56,551 nucleotides of DNA from assembly GCA_022360775.1 (NCBI GenBank), contig JAKSCD010000118.1:1-56551 (forward strand), written 5' to 3'. Made by a program: the position numbers and the translations under genes. The DNA is from Sneathiellales bacterium (GTDB taxonomy: Bacteria > Pseudomonadota > Alphaproteobacteria > Sneathiellales > Sneathiellaceae). The notes under the pieces were generated by a model, which was given only the letters and a program-made list of their open reading frames with translations, did no database searches and was not told the DNA's origin. Shown one piece after another: positions 19,003 through 28,720 of this stretch (the first letter of the stretch is position 1; each line of letters opens with the position of its first letter).

Positions 19003-19872
19003 TTACTTGAGTTTAGGTGAGTTCGGCGTGAAAATCTCTCGCAAGAAGGTTTTAGCGATTGTTTTCGGTTTCACCACATTGCGTGCATATTTCGCCAAAG
19101 CGGGCAGGAGCAAGAGCTTTTCGATTTGCGTCAGTTCAACTTGCTCAAGATGGAAAAGCATCTCTTTCCAAAAATCCCGGTAATGCTCAAACAGAGCTTT
19201 GGATCCTTTCGGTGCATAGAGTTTCCCTGAGATGCCTGTATCCCGTTGATAAAAAACAGCTTTGTCACTTCCGACAATTTTGTTGGATAATACGAGGGGA
19301 ATATAAATCGCGAAATCGGCTCCCCAGGTTTGAAGGAAAAGGGATCGGGATTTCTGTAGTTTTAAAAACTCGGTTTTGTTGAAAAGTGCGTAATACCAGG
19401 CGCTTTGAACAATATCCAGATTGTGTTTGATGATTGTTTTGAGAGAAGCATCTTCAGGAGCATCGGAATAGGCTTTCGAGGCCTTGTGACTGCTATCATT
19501 ATCAATCATGATACGATGGGGAACTGAAATAACGGCATCAGGTCTCTTTTGAAGGGGCTTCACCAGTTCTTCTATATAATTGGGGCTCCATAAATCGTCA
19601 TGGGCCGCGTAGCAGAACCATTGACCGGAGGCTTTTTCGATGACGCTCCCGAAATTGAGTTCCATGCTCACCGTTTCAGGATGCCTGTAATGGCTTATCC
19701 TTGGATCCTTGTCTGCCCATTTTTTGATGATATTTGGCGTCTCGTCTGTCGAGGCATTATCTGAAATAAGTATTTCCAAATCCATATAGGTTTGTTTGCA
19801 CAGGGACTCCAGGGCCATGTCCAAATACTCGGCACCGTTATAGACAGGCATTCCTATGGTTACGCTGGGCAT
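19003..19872 (-). CDS. Glycosyltransferase family 2
   Basis: VTIGMPVYNG, ISDNASTD, AAHDD. Confidence 0.9.
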   Translation of the reverse strand: MPSVTIGMPVYNGAEYLDMALESLCKQTYMDLEILISDNASTDETPNIIKKWADKDPRISHYRHPETVSMELNFGSVIEKASGQWFCYAAHDDLWSPNYIEELVKPLQKRPDAVISVPHRIMIDNDSSHKASKAYSDAPEDASLKTIIKHNLDIVQSAWYYALFNKTEFLKLQKSRSLFLQTWGADFAIYIPLVLSNKIVGSDKAVFYQRDTGISGKLYAPKGSKALFEHYRDFWKEMLFHLEQVELTQIEKLLLLPALAKYARNVVKPKTIAKTFLREIFTPNSPKLK

Positions 19873-19937
19873 ATTCAGGTCCTGATGGGTTCTCTTGGCT
19901 GGTATCTTTTGAATTTATGGAATAAACAGGGATTTCT

Positions 19938-21056
19938 CTATCTTATTTTATCCAAGTATCGCTTTAAAACATCGCATACACGATTTATCTGTGCTGAAGT
20001 AATGTCGTGATAACAGGGCAAATTTATACCTCTGTTATAGAGGGAATAACTCTTCGTATTTTCCGGTTTTGACTGGAAGGGAGGCATCAGACTGACAGGG
20101 TAAAAGAAAACCCGCGCATCAATATTGGCTTTTGCCATTTCCTCCTGCAAGTCCTCTCGAACAAAAGGGAGGGCCTCGTCAAAAACAACGGTTGTCATCC
20201 AGTAGGAATTGACAGTGTTTTCAGGCTCTGGGTTAAGTTGTAATCCGGGCAGGTTGGCGAGGATTTCGTGATATTCTGCAAAAATCTCTCTTTTTCTCTC
20301 TACCAGTTCGTCAATTCTCTCCATCTGGGCAGCGCCGATGGCAGCCTGGATATTTGACATTTTGTATTTATAGCCAACTTCATCACACCAGAATTGTTTG
20401 TCAGATTTCGGATGTCTGCCATGGCTTTCCAGTGTCTGGAGCTTTTCATAAAGCTCTGGCGACTGGACAATAAGGGCCCCGCCTTCACCTGTTGTTATTG
20501 TTTTTGTACCGTGAAAGGAAAAGGCGGCCATATCGCCAATTGAACCGGCTTTTTTTCCTTTATAGACAGAACCAAGTCCTTCAGCGGCATCTTCAATGAC
20601 CGGAAGCCCATGACTTTTTGCGATGGACATAATCTCATCCATTTCGCAAAGATTCCCATAGACATGAACAACAACAATGGCTTTGGTTTTCTCGGTTATT
20701 GCGGCTTTGATTGCAGCAGGGTCAATACACCAAGAATTCTCCAGCACATCAACGAATACCGGTTCCGCTCCCAGATATTTTGTTGGAGAAGCAGAAGCAA
20801 TCCAGGTGATATCGGGATAGATAACTTCATCACCCGGCCCAACCCCAAGCGCGGCCAGTGCCATATGCAACGCCCCTGTGCAGCTTGACGTCGGAATAAC
20901 ATAGGGGACATCAAGGTAGGATTTCAGTTGATCGCGGAACTTGAAAATATAGTCATAACATTGTTCGCCCCACCCATTGGCAGCTGCATCAGCAGCATAC
21001 TGAACCTCAAGGTCCGTAATAGATGGTTTTGCGTAAAGTATTCGATCTTGATCCAT
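19938..21056 (-). CDS. DegT/DnrJ/EryC1/StrS (perosamine-synthase-like) sugar aminotransferase
   Basis: SSCTGALH, IEDAAE, FSFHGTKTITTGEGG (PLP Lys), GYKYKMSN. Confidence 0.93.
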   Translation of the reverse strand: MDQDRILYAKPSITDLEVQYAADAAANGWGEQCYDYIFKFRDQLKSYLDVPYVIPTSSCTGALHMALAALGVGPGDEVIYPDITWIASASPTKYLGAEPVFVDVLENSWCIDPAAIKAAITEKTKAIVVVHVYGNLCEMDEIMSIAKSHGLPVIEDAAEGLGSVYKGKKAGSIGDMAAFSFHGTKTITTGEGGALIVQSPELYEKLQTLESHGRHPKSDKQFWCDEVGYKYKMSNIQAAIGAAQMERIDELVERKREIFAEYHEILANLPGLQLNPEPENTVNSYWMTTVVFDEALPFVREDLQEEMAKANIDARVFFYPVSLMPPFQSKPENTKSYSLYNRGINLPCYHDITSAQINRVCDVLKRYLDKIR

Positions 21057-21182
21057 ATCTGCAAATCTCGCTTTGGAGGCTGTTGCACTGTTTTAGAAGA
21101 GCAGGAGAGAAGGATCAAGTTTGGAAAGTGGAAGAGAATATGAACGTTTTATGCCCTTGATCGTCAGAAGGTTTGTGGGGAG

Positions 21183-22364
21183 TTACTCCCCACTCAAAAC
21201 TTCTGCAAGAGATGACGGGGATAAACGCCCTTTGAGTTCCCCTTTTTTTGTAACAACAGGAAGCGGATATTTCGCGCTAAGGGTTTCCGGAATAATTTCT
21301 TCCAAAGCAGAATCCGGTGATATCAATGGCACCTCTTCAAGCATTTCTTCCTCAATGAACGCGTCCGGATCTTTTTCCAGGGCTTCTTCCAATGTGGTTT
21401 GCAGAACGATACCCTGATATCCCTCTTCATTTACATAATAGCCATAGTCATCCACGGAGCTTTTCATTTGCTTGAGGGCTTCCCCAATGGTGGAAGACGT
21501 AATACGGCAAACTGGTGGTTTCATGACATTTTCAACCGTCAGGGCACGGGCGCGGTTCACATCCTTTACAAAGGCTTCAACATAATCCGTGGCTGGATTG
21601 AGAAGAATGTCTTCCGGCGCTCCTTCCTGGACAAGTTCACCATCTTTTAAAATAGCAATCCGGTCGCCAAGGCGCAGGGCTTCATCCAGATCATGGGTAA
21701 TGAAGACAATGGTTTTATGCAGCTTTTCCTGAAGCTCAATCAATTGATCCTGCATTTCGCTCCGGATGAGCGGGTCAAGAGCCGAAAATGCCTCATCCAT
21801 CAGCAGGATTTCAGCATCAGTACAGAGCGCGCGGGCAAGCCCAACACGTTGCTGCTGACCACCAGAAAGCTGAGAAGGATATTGTTTTCCATAGCCGGAC
21901 AAACCAACCGTATCGAGCCATTCAGCAGCCTTGGCATTGCGTTCTTTCTTTGTAACGCCCTGTACTTTCAAGCCATAGGCAACATTTTCAAGAACTGTGC
22001 GGTGGGGCATGAGCCCGAAACGCTGGAAGACCATTGACATCTTGTGGCGGCGGAAATCCTGCAGTTCTTTCTGGCTGAGCTGCATGACATCAACATCGCC
22101 CACATGCAGCGAGCCATCTGTCGGATCGATCAGGCGGTTAAGATGCCGGATCAATGTTGATTTACCAGAGCCTGAAAGCCCCATAATCACGTAAATCTGG
22201 CCTTTGCCGATGGTGAGATTGATATCCTTCAGTCCGACCGTATGACCGGTTTCAGAAAGAATGCGATCCTTGGACTGACCTTCCAACACCCGAGGCATAA
22301 CCTCTTTGGGGTTGGTGCCAAAAACCTTGTAGAGATTTTCAATTCGAATAAGAGGCTCAGTCAC
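21183..22364 (-). CDS. proV: Glycine betaine/proline-type ABC transporter ATPase with CBS domains
   Basis: [31 protein letters not shown]; start reassigned to GTG 22364. Confidence 0.92.
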   Translation of the reverse strand: MTEPLIRIENLYKVFGTNPKEVMPRVLEGQSKDRILSETGHTVGLKDINLTIGKGQIYVIMGLSGSGKSTLIRHLNRLIDPTDGSLHVGDVDVMQLSQKELQDFRRHKMSMVFQRFGLMPHRTVLENVAYGLKVQGVTKKERNAKAAEWLDTVGLSGYGKQYPSQLSGGQQQRVGLARALCTDAEILLMDEAFSALDPLIRSEMQDQLIELQEKLHKTIVFITHDLDEALRLGDRIAILKDGELVQEGAPEDILLNPATDYVEAFVKDVNRARALTVENVMKPPVCRITSSTIGEALKQMKSSVDDYGYYVNEEGYQGIVLQTTLEEALEKDPDAFIEEEMLEEVPLISPDSALEEIIPETLSAKYPLPVVTKKGELKGRLSPSSLAEVLSGE

Positions 22365-23256
22365 TATGTAGGCCTTCCATATGTTTCTGGGTCCGCTTGG
22401 CGTAAGCCTGCGATACACGATCAAAGATGATCGCCAAAGCGACAATGGCAAGGCCATTAAATAATCCCAGAGTAAAATACTGATTTGTAATGGATTTAAG
22501 AACCGGTTGGCCTAATCCCTTAACACCGATCATGGAAGCAACAACAACCATGGCCAGGGCCATCATGATGGTCTGGTTGATCCCTGCCATGATATTGGGC
22601 ATGGCGAGAGGTAACTGCACATTGAGAAGGCGCTGAAAAGGGCTGGCCCCATAAGCGGTTGCGGCTTCCAGAACTTCCTTGTCAACCAGCCTGATGCCCA
22701 GGTTGGTCAGGCGGATCACCGGTGGAATGGCATAGATGACTACTGCAATAACGCCCGGGATCTTGCCGATACCCAGAAGCATGACGACCGGGATCAGGTA
22801 CACAAAAGCCGGCATGGTTTGCATCACATCCAGTATAGGAGTGACGACGGCCTGAACCCGATCGGAGCGGGCCATTGCAATTCCGATAGGAATACCAAGC
22901 GCAATGGAAAGAAGCGTACAGACCACGATGATGCTCATGGTTCGCATGGTGTTATCCCACATGACGAAATAGCCGATAAAAGCAAAGGCAACGACCACAC
23001 CTGCCGACAGTTTCCAGGACCGTGCTGTCAGATGGACAAGAGCCGTTACTGCAATCAGTACAATCCACCACGGGGTCTGGATCAGAAGTTTTTCAAACCA
23101 GACAAGAAAGTAGAGAAGGGGGTCAAAAATAGACTCAATCGCGTCGCCATAGGTGCGGGAAAATTCCCTGTATGCGCCATCGAGAGTCTTCTTAATCCCG
23201 GTGAGATCCTTACGATCCATGGCCGGGAATTCGGTCAGCCAGGATTTGTCAGCCAT
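22357..23256 (-). CDS. proW: Glycine betaine/proline-type ABC permease
   Basis: MQTMPAFVYLIP, EAATAYG, INQTIMMALAMVVVASMIG. Confidence 0.92.
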   Translation of the reverse strand: MADKSWLTEFPAMDRKDLTGIKKTLDGAYREFSRTYGDAIESIFDPLLYFLVWFEKLLIQTPWWIVLIAVTALVHLTARSWKLSAGVVVAFAFIGYFVMWDNTMRTMSIIVVCTLLSIALGIPIGIAMARSDRVQAVVTPILDVMQTMPAFVYLIPVVMLLGIGKIPGVIAVVIYAIPPVIRLTNLGIRLVDKEVLEAATAYGASPFQRLLNVQLPLAMPNIMAGINQTIMMALAMVVVASMIGVKGLGQPVLKSITNQYFTLGLFNGLAIVALAIIFDRVSQAYAKRTQKHMEGLHSD

Positions 23257-23279
23257 ATATTTAATCCGGTCTTACTATC

Positions 23280-23317
23280 AAAAATAAAGACACCGGCAGT
23301 AAGAGTGCCGGTGTCTT
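23280..23317 (-). terminator. Hairpin + T-run between binding-protein and permease genes
   Basis: 12-bp stem AAGACACCGGCA/TGCCGGTGTCTT followed on the - strand by TATTTTT. Confidence 0.65.
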
Positions 23318-23324
23318 CAGTTGT

Positions 23325-24326
23325 TTACAGGTCTGCCAGAGCTTTTTTGACCTTGGCCGCTACATCAGCAGAGACCCAGGACGTCCAGGTGGCTTCATGG
23401 TTTTTCAGGAATTCTTCCATTCCGACATCTCCTTCAGCCTGATTGTCTTCCATCCAGGCCAGAAGAGAGTTCATCTGGGCATTTTTGAACGCCCGCTTTG
23501 TCAGATAGTCATACGCTTCAGGAACACGGGATGCGAAAGATTCAGTTGTCACTGTTTGCACCAGGGATGCCGGATACATTGTCGGTTTAGGATTTTCACA
23601 GCCTTCCTGTGTTGTACAGTTTTTGAAATGCTCAATATCCACACCGGAACCGAAATCCACTTTGACCATTTCATATTTACCAAGCACAGCAGTTGGCGCC
23701 CAATAATATCCAAACCAGCCTTCGCCGCGCTCATAGGCTTTGGCAATAGAGCCTGAAAGACCCGCGCTGGAGCCCGGATCAACCAGTTCAAAGCCCGCAT
23801 CTTCCATTTTCATGGCCCGATAGAGGTTTCCAGTGCTGATCTGGCAGTTCCAGCCTGCCGGGCATCCAATAAAGGCTGCTTTGTCCGGGTCTTCCGGGTG
23901 CTTGAACAGTTTGGCGTTTTTCAGAACCCCTGCGATTGTTGCAAGGCTTGGATCTTTTTTGACCATGTAAGCCGGGACCCAGAAACCTTCTTCCCCACCG
24001 TCTGCCAAGGATTTACCGGCGATGCGAAGGCGCTTGTCAGCAACAGCTTTATCCAGAGCCTCCTTCATGGAGTTACTCCAGATTTCAGGGGCAATATCAG
24101 GTTCCCCTTTTTCCATCATGGAAGTTCCTGTTGGCATCGTGTCGCCGGGGACCAGTTCTGCTTCACAGCCATAGCCATGTTTCAGAATGAACTGGTCAAT
24201 ATGGGCGATGAGCGTCGCCGAGTTCCAGTTCATATCTGCGATTGTGATTTTCCCGCAAGCAGCGCTTGCTTCCATAGACGTCATGAGACCAGCTGCCAAT
24301 AGGGCGCCGCCCAAAATCCGTTTCAT
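23325..24326 (-). CDS. proX: Glycine betaine/proline-type ABC substrate-binding protein
   Basis: Signal peptide; ADMNWNSA, GCPAGWNC, GYYWAP; exact substrate not determinable. Confidence 0.88.
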   Translation of the reverse strand: MKRILGGALLAAGLMTSMEASAACGKITIADMNWNSATLIAHIDQFILKHGYGCEAELVPGDTMPTGTSMMEKGEPDIAPEIWSNSMKEALDKAVADKRLRIAGKSLADGGEEGFWVPAYMVKKDPSLATIAGVLKNAKLFKHPEDPDKAAFIGCPAGWNCQISTGNLYRAMKMEDAGFELVDPGSSAGLSGSIAKAYERGEGWFGYYWAPTAVLGKYEMVKVDFGSGVDIEHFKNCTTQEGCENPKPTMYPASLVQTVTTESFASRVPEAYDYLTKRAFKNAQMNSLLAWMEDNQAEGDVGMEEFLKNHEATWTSWVSADVAAKVKKALADL

Positions 24327-24697
24327 TGATGTCTCCCTGCCTACTCAGGCTTATCCGTTAATAGTTTGAAAGAAAAATATAAATTTTTCTCGCTGCTAAA
24401 AAATAATAATACAGCGTGGCAAGCAAAAATCAAATCACAGTTCGAGAATAATCTTGAAGAATTATTTGTATAATTATCAATATTTAAAATCACTATTTGA
24501 TTGTTTAAATATCATGTAGTTTTAGTATTTGGAAGAATTTATATTTTTAAAATCTATTCTATTATTTTGATTATTTAATGAATACTGCCCGTCGCTATGA
24601 GTATTGATACAATACTAAGCGAATTCGTTTCATGTTTTGCCAGGTGAAACTCACTGGCTTTTATGATTCAAGGGACATAATTCAAAATGTCCGCTTT

Positions 24698-24732
24698 ATT
24701 TGATCGGGGAGAACTCATCTCCCCGATCAAAT
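24698..24732. terminator. Perfect 15-bp inverted repeat after acyl-CoA dehydrogenase
   Basis: ATTTGATCGGGGAGA-ACTCA-TCTCCCCGATCAAAT, 3 nt past the stop. Confidence 0.65.
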
Positions 24733-24735
24733 CGG

Positions 24736-25941
24736 TTAGAGACCGAGGACCTGTTTTGAAAGAATGGTGCGCTGAACCTCGCTTGATCCTGCATAGATTG
24801 TTGAAGCGCGGCCGTTCAGATATTTTGCCGTGACTGTTCGTGTGTGCTCTGGGCCAGGATAAGTGATATTGTTTCCAGGAACTCGGGATTCCGGTAGGAA
24901 CGGCAGGGCATAATGACCAACCGCCTCCATTTTCAACTCAGCAATTTCCTGCCCCAGTTCGGATCCCATGAGTTTATACATGGAAGATTTGGCGCCTGGA
25001 TTTTGTCCTGTGCTCAAGGCAGACATGGCGCGCTTTTCTGTAAATTCAGCAGCCATAACCCTGATCTCAAGATCCCGCAACTTTTTGATAAAGCCGGGAT
25101 CATCAATCAGACGGTCCCCATGGCCTGTCAGTTCAATAGAGGCAATTTCCTCAATGGATCGCAAGCCTGCATTTAGTGTAGGGGTATAAGCGATGGCGCC
25201 GCGTTCAAATTCCAGCAAATATTTGGCAACAGTCCAGCCGTCATTTTCCTCCCCGACAAGATTGGATTTTGGAATACGGACATCGTCAAAAAAGACCTGG
25301 TTGAGCTCGTGATCTCCAGAAATCATCAGAATAGGCTGACCATCCACACCGGGAGTATCCATATCGATCAGGACAAAGGAAATACCTTCCTGTTTTTTTC
25401 CGTCAGTCGAGGTGCGGACCAGACAGAAGCAGCGATTGGCGTAATGGGCACCTGTCGTCCAGATTTTTGTGCCATTAATGACATAGTCATCGCCGTCCGG
25501 GACGGCTTTCGTTTGCAAGGATGCAAGATCAGAACCAGCGCCCGGCTCTGAATATCCCTGACACCAGGAATCATCATGCATCAGGATGCGGGGCAGATAG
25601 AAATCTTTCTGCTCTTGCGTGCCGAATTTGTCGATGATGGGCCCGATCATGCGAAATCCCATGGTGTTAACCGCAGGCGCGCCAACGAGGGCACATTCGC
25701 TTTCAAAGATATAGCGCTTAACGATATCCCATCCGGGACCTCCCATCGAGGTGGGCCATGTATAGGCGAGCCAGCCTTTTTTTCCGAGAATTTTTGCCCA
25801 TTGTCCTGCAGTATCCGGATCCGTTCGAATAGAGGCCTGAATGGAAGATTTCTGTTTCAGATCATCGGATAAGTTATTATTGAGGAAATCGCGAACTTCT
25901 TCCTGAAAAGCCATATCCTCAGAAGAGAGCTTCAGATGCAT
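24736..25941 (-). CDS. Acyl-CoA dehydrogenase
   Basis: WCQGYSEPGAGSDLASL, NGTKIWT, NQVFFDDV, TIYAGSSEVQR. Confidence 0.94.
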   Translation of the reverse strand: MHLKLSSEDMAFQEEVRDFLNNNLSDDLKQKSSIQASIRTDPDTAGQWAKILGKKGWLAYTWPTSMGGPGWDIVKRYIFESECALVGAPAVNTMGFRMIGPIIDKFGTQEQKDFYLPRILMHDDSWCQGYSEPGAGSDLASLQTKAVPDGDDYVINGTKIWTTGAHYANRCFCLVRTSTDGKKQEGISFVLIDMDTPGVDGQPILMISGDHELNQVFFDDVRIPKSNLVGEENDGWTVAKYLLEFERGAIAYTPTLNAGLRSIEEIASIELTGHGDRLIDDPGFIKKLRDLEIRVMAAEFTEKRAMSALSTGQNPGAKSSMYKLMGSELGQEIAELKMEAVGHYALPFLPESRVPGNNITYPGPEHTRTVTAKYLNGRASTIYAGSSEVQRTILSKQVLGL

Positions 25942-26077
25942 TCTCTGTACCCTTTCTTATTCTTATTTTAGGTTCGTAACAGTATCATAACCCGCATGCA
26001 GCAGACTGGAAACCGGAAACTGGCCGCCTGTAGAGATTGCTTTTGTAGAGAAAACCGTTCTGAAGGAAATTTAGAGG

Positions 26078-26710
26078 ATGAGTAGTGAAGTGTTTTCAGT
26101 CATTGGAAAAATGCCTCTTGTTGCAATTTTGCGTGGCCTGGAGCCTGGTGATGCCGCAAAGATATCTGATGCGCTGGTTGAGGCGGGTTTTGTCTTTATG
26201 GAAGTGACGCTCAACAGCCCTTCGTGGCAGAAAAGCCTTGAGATTATGAAAGATCGTCATGGGGATGATATTGTTCTCGGGGCAGGGACTGTTCTTCATG
26301 CGGATGAAGTGGATCAGGTGCAGGCCGCTGGCGGGCAGGTCATTATTTCCCCCAACATGGATCCGTCGGTTATTCAAAGAACGAAAGAACTGGGGCTGGT
26401 TTCCGTGCCGGGATGTTACTCCCCGACAGAGTGTTTTAATGCGTTGAAGTACGGGGCCGATATCTTGAAAATATTTCCCGCTGAAACTCTTGGCCCTTCT
26501 TTTCTCAAAGCCATCAAAGCGGTTCTCCCGGTTCAGAGCCGGGTTTGTCCCACCGGCGGAATAACCACCGAGAATATGCAGGATTTTGTTGATGCGGATG
26601 TCTATGCCATGGGTATGGGATCTTTTCTTTTTAAACCGGGAAAAACACCGCAAGAGGTTCAAAAGGCAGCACGCGCGCTTGTTGATTGTTATAAAAACTG
26701 TATTTCCTGA
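26078..26710 (+). CDS. dgoA: 2-dehydro-3-deoxy-6-phosphogalactonate (KDPG-type) aldolase
   Basis: PLVAILRG, EVTLNSP, GAGTV, SPTE, LKIFPAE, PTGGI. Confidence 0.85.
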   Translation: MSSEVFSVIGKMPLVAILRGLEPGDAAKISDALVEAGFVFMEVTLNSPSWQKSLEIMKDRHGDDIVLGAGTVLHADEVDQVQAAGGQVIISPNMDPSVIQRTKELGLVSVPGCYSPTECFNALKYGADILKIFPAETLGPSFLKAIKAVLPVQSRVCPTGGITTENMQDFVDADVYAMGMGSFLFKPGKTPQEVQKAARALVDCYKNCIS

Positions 26711-26712
26711 GG

Positions 26713-28029
26713 TTATCGAGTTGGCCATACAGGGTGATTTTCATCAATCACATAATCATGCACATGCCCTTCCTCTGAATGAGAATGCCCTTCTTTCAGA
26801 TGGGGGTGATCCAAAGGCAGGTCTGCGTGAATATGGGGGATTTCAACAGGGTCATGTCGAGGCCATACAATAAACGCAGAGATACCGCCGATTAAGGCAA
26901 TAGAGCCAAGGCTGAATGCGGAAACTGAAATTCCAAACTCTGTTGCTACATATCCAGCGACTAGGTAGCCCGCCAGCCAGCATCCGTGGGAGAGGGAGAA
27001 TTGTGCGGTGAAGAGACCCGCCCTGTCGGCAGGGCGCGCTGATTTTTTTATCAATCTTCCGCCAGGTGTCTGAACCAGGGAATATCCAACGCCGATGAGG
27101 ATCCAGATGAGAAGAACCAGATTGTAGGTTGCTGCAAATGCCGAAAGGAAAAGCCCTGCGCATGAAAGAACTCCCCCCAGCAGCATAACCGGGCGGTCGG
27201 AAAGATGGTCAAGTATCCGTGGAAGCAGTAGCGCAATGATCATGGAGCCGCCGCCGAACAGGGTAAAGGCTATCGCTGTATCCTGGGGTGTCAGACCCAA
27301 TTCCGCCTGCACGATCACCACTGTGTTGACGAAGACCATGGATGTGGACATGGCGATGACCAGGCTTAAGGCGAACAATCCTCGCAAGCGAGGCGTTGCA
27401 AAATAAAAGCGAATTCCCCGGGTTATTTTCTCCAGAACCGGCCCTTTTGGCGAATGTGGGGGCTGGGGGAGCGTAATCGTCAGAATAAGAAATGCAGAAA
27501 GGAAAAAACCCAATGATGTGAAGGCGAAAAGACTGTGAAAAGACATAAAGGCCAAAAGCAGGGCAGCAAGGGCCGGGCTGAGCAGACTTTCAAGATCATA
27601 CGCAAGTCGGGATAGCGAAAGGGCGTTGGTATAGTCTTTCTCATCGGGCAAAACATCCGGAATTGTTGCCTGATATGCCGGTGTGAAACCAGCTGAGGCG
27701 GCCTGCAGGACAAAGATCAGGATATAGATCTGCCAGATTTCCGTTACAAAAGGTAAGGATACCGCAATTGATCCGCGCATTACATCCATGAAGATCAGAT
27801 ATTGTCGTCTTGGGAACCTGCTGGCAAAGGCATTTGCGACAGGAGAAAGAACAACATACGCGACCATCTTGATGGCAAATACCGTTCCAAGAACCGCTGC
27901 TGCATTTTCCTCGGCAAGCTCAAAAGCAAGCAAGCCAAGGGCGACCGTTGCAATGCCGGTTCCTGAAACGGCAACGAGTTGGGCGAGAAACAGATGTCGG
28001 TAGACTTTGTTTTTTAAGATCTGAAACAT
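26713..28029 (-). CDS. nreB: NreB-like MFS metal efflux transporter with His-rich tail
   Basis: About 12 TM; AIKMVAYV, YTNALSLSRLAYDLE, AQFSLSHGCW; tail HIHADLPLDHPHL...HSH..HVHDYVIDENHPVWP. Confidence 0.85.
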   Translation of the reverse strand: MFQILKNKVYRHLFLAQLVAVSGTGIATVALGLLAFELAEENAAAVLGTVFAIKMVAYVVLSPVANAFASRFPRRQYLIFMDVMRGSIAVSLPFVTEIWQIYILIFVLQAASAGFTPAYQATIPDVLPDEKDYTNALSLSRLAYDLESLLSPALAALLLAFMSFHSLFAFTSLGFFLSAFLILTITLPQPPHSPKGPVLEKITRGIRFYFATPRLRGLFALSLVIAMSTSMVFVNTVVIVQAELGLTPQDTAIAFTLFGGGSMIIALLLPRILDHLSDRPVMLLGGVLSCAGLFLSAFAATYNLVLLIWILIGVGYSLVQTPGGRLIKKSARPADRAGLFTAQFSLSHGCWLAGYLVAGYVATEFGISVSAFSLGSIALIGGISAFIVWPRHDPVEIPHIHADLPLDHPHLKEGHSHSEEGHVHDYVIDENHPVWPTR

Positions 28030-28065
28030 GAGTGAGCGGCCAGGTTCAGGAGGAGAAAGTGATCC

Positions 28066-28590
28066 TTAATCTCTGTTAGAATAGAGCTTGGTCAAAAGGA
28101 TGCGAAGCTGATGTTGCTCTTCTTTATCAAGGGCAGAAAGCAAGCGGTTCTCTGTTTCGATATGAGATACGACAACCTCATCAGCCAGCTTTATCCCCTC
28201 TTCCGTCAGACGGACCTTTAAGCTTCTTCGATCTTCCGGATCGGCTTCGCGAACAAGCAGGTTCCGTTTCTCCAGCCGATCAAGCCGATTGGTCATCGCC
28301 GCCGAGGATAACATCATATCTTCAGCCAGCTCTTTCGGGGTTCTGGTCTTTTCGACCCCCTGCCGGCGCAAGGTCAGTAGCAAATCGAGACCCGGAAAAT
28401 CCAGTTGATAGTTTTTGCAATTTTCCAGAACCCCCTGGTTGAGGAAGTGCCCGGCACGCCAGACATCACCGCATATGGCCATGGGTGTTGGATCCAAATC
28501 AGGGCGAACCTTTTTCCATTGATCCAGAATACTGTCCATCGTGGATTTGTTGGGAAGCCTGATTTTCGTCATTTCTGTTTTTGTTTTCAT
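28066..28590 (-). CDS. MarR regulator, UrtR (PecS/TamR/HucR-like) subfamily
   Basis: DSILDQWKKVRPDLD N-terminal helix, DLLLTLRR, AMTNRLDRLE, DRRS. Confidence 0.88.
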   Translation of the reverse strand: MKTKTEMTKIRLPNKSTMDSILDQWKKVRPDLDPTPMAICGDVWRAGHFLNQGVLENCKNYQLDFPGLDLLLTLRRQGVEKTRTPKELAEDMMLSSAAMTNRLDRLEKRNLLVREADPEDRRSLKVRLTEEGIKLADEVVVSHIETENRLLSALDKEEQHQLRILLTKLYSNRD

Positions 28591-28626
28591 GAAAAGCTTG
28601 ACTCTCAGGAGGAAGTGAATATTTAT

Positions 28627-28668
28627 TTCGATATCAAATCATTTGATGTCGAATTATATAATATCGAA
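28627..28668. promoter_or_regulatory. Three tandem palindromic MarR-type boxes, 15-bp period
   Basis: TTCGATATCAAA, TTTGATGTCGAA and TATAATATCGAA in the divergent promoter. Confidence 0.6.
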
Positions 28669-28720
28669 CTATTTGAGAACTATAGGTTCGATTTCCAGAA
28701 ATGTGAAGGAGCAAGTTGTG

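Noticed and set aside
26096-26728. 210-aa antisense ORF mirroring the aldolase
   Set aside because: Antisense shadow with no motifs; the same applies to 22819-23442, 11367-11945 and similar ORFs.
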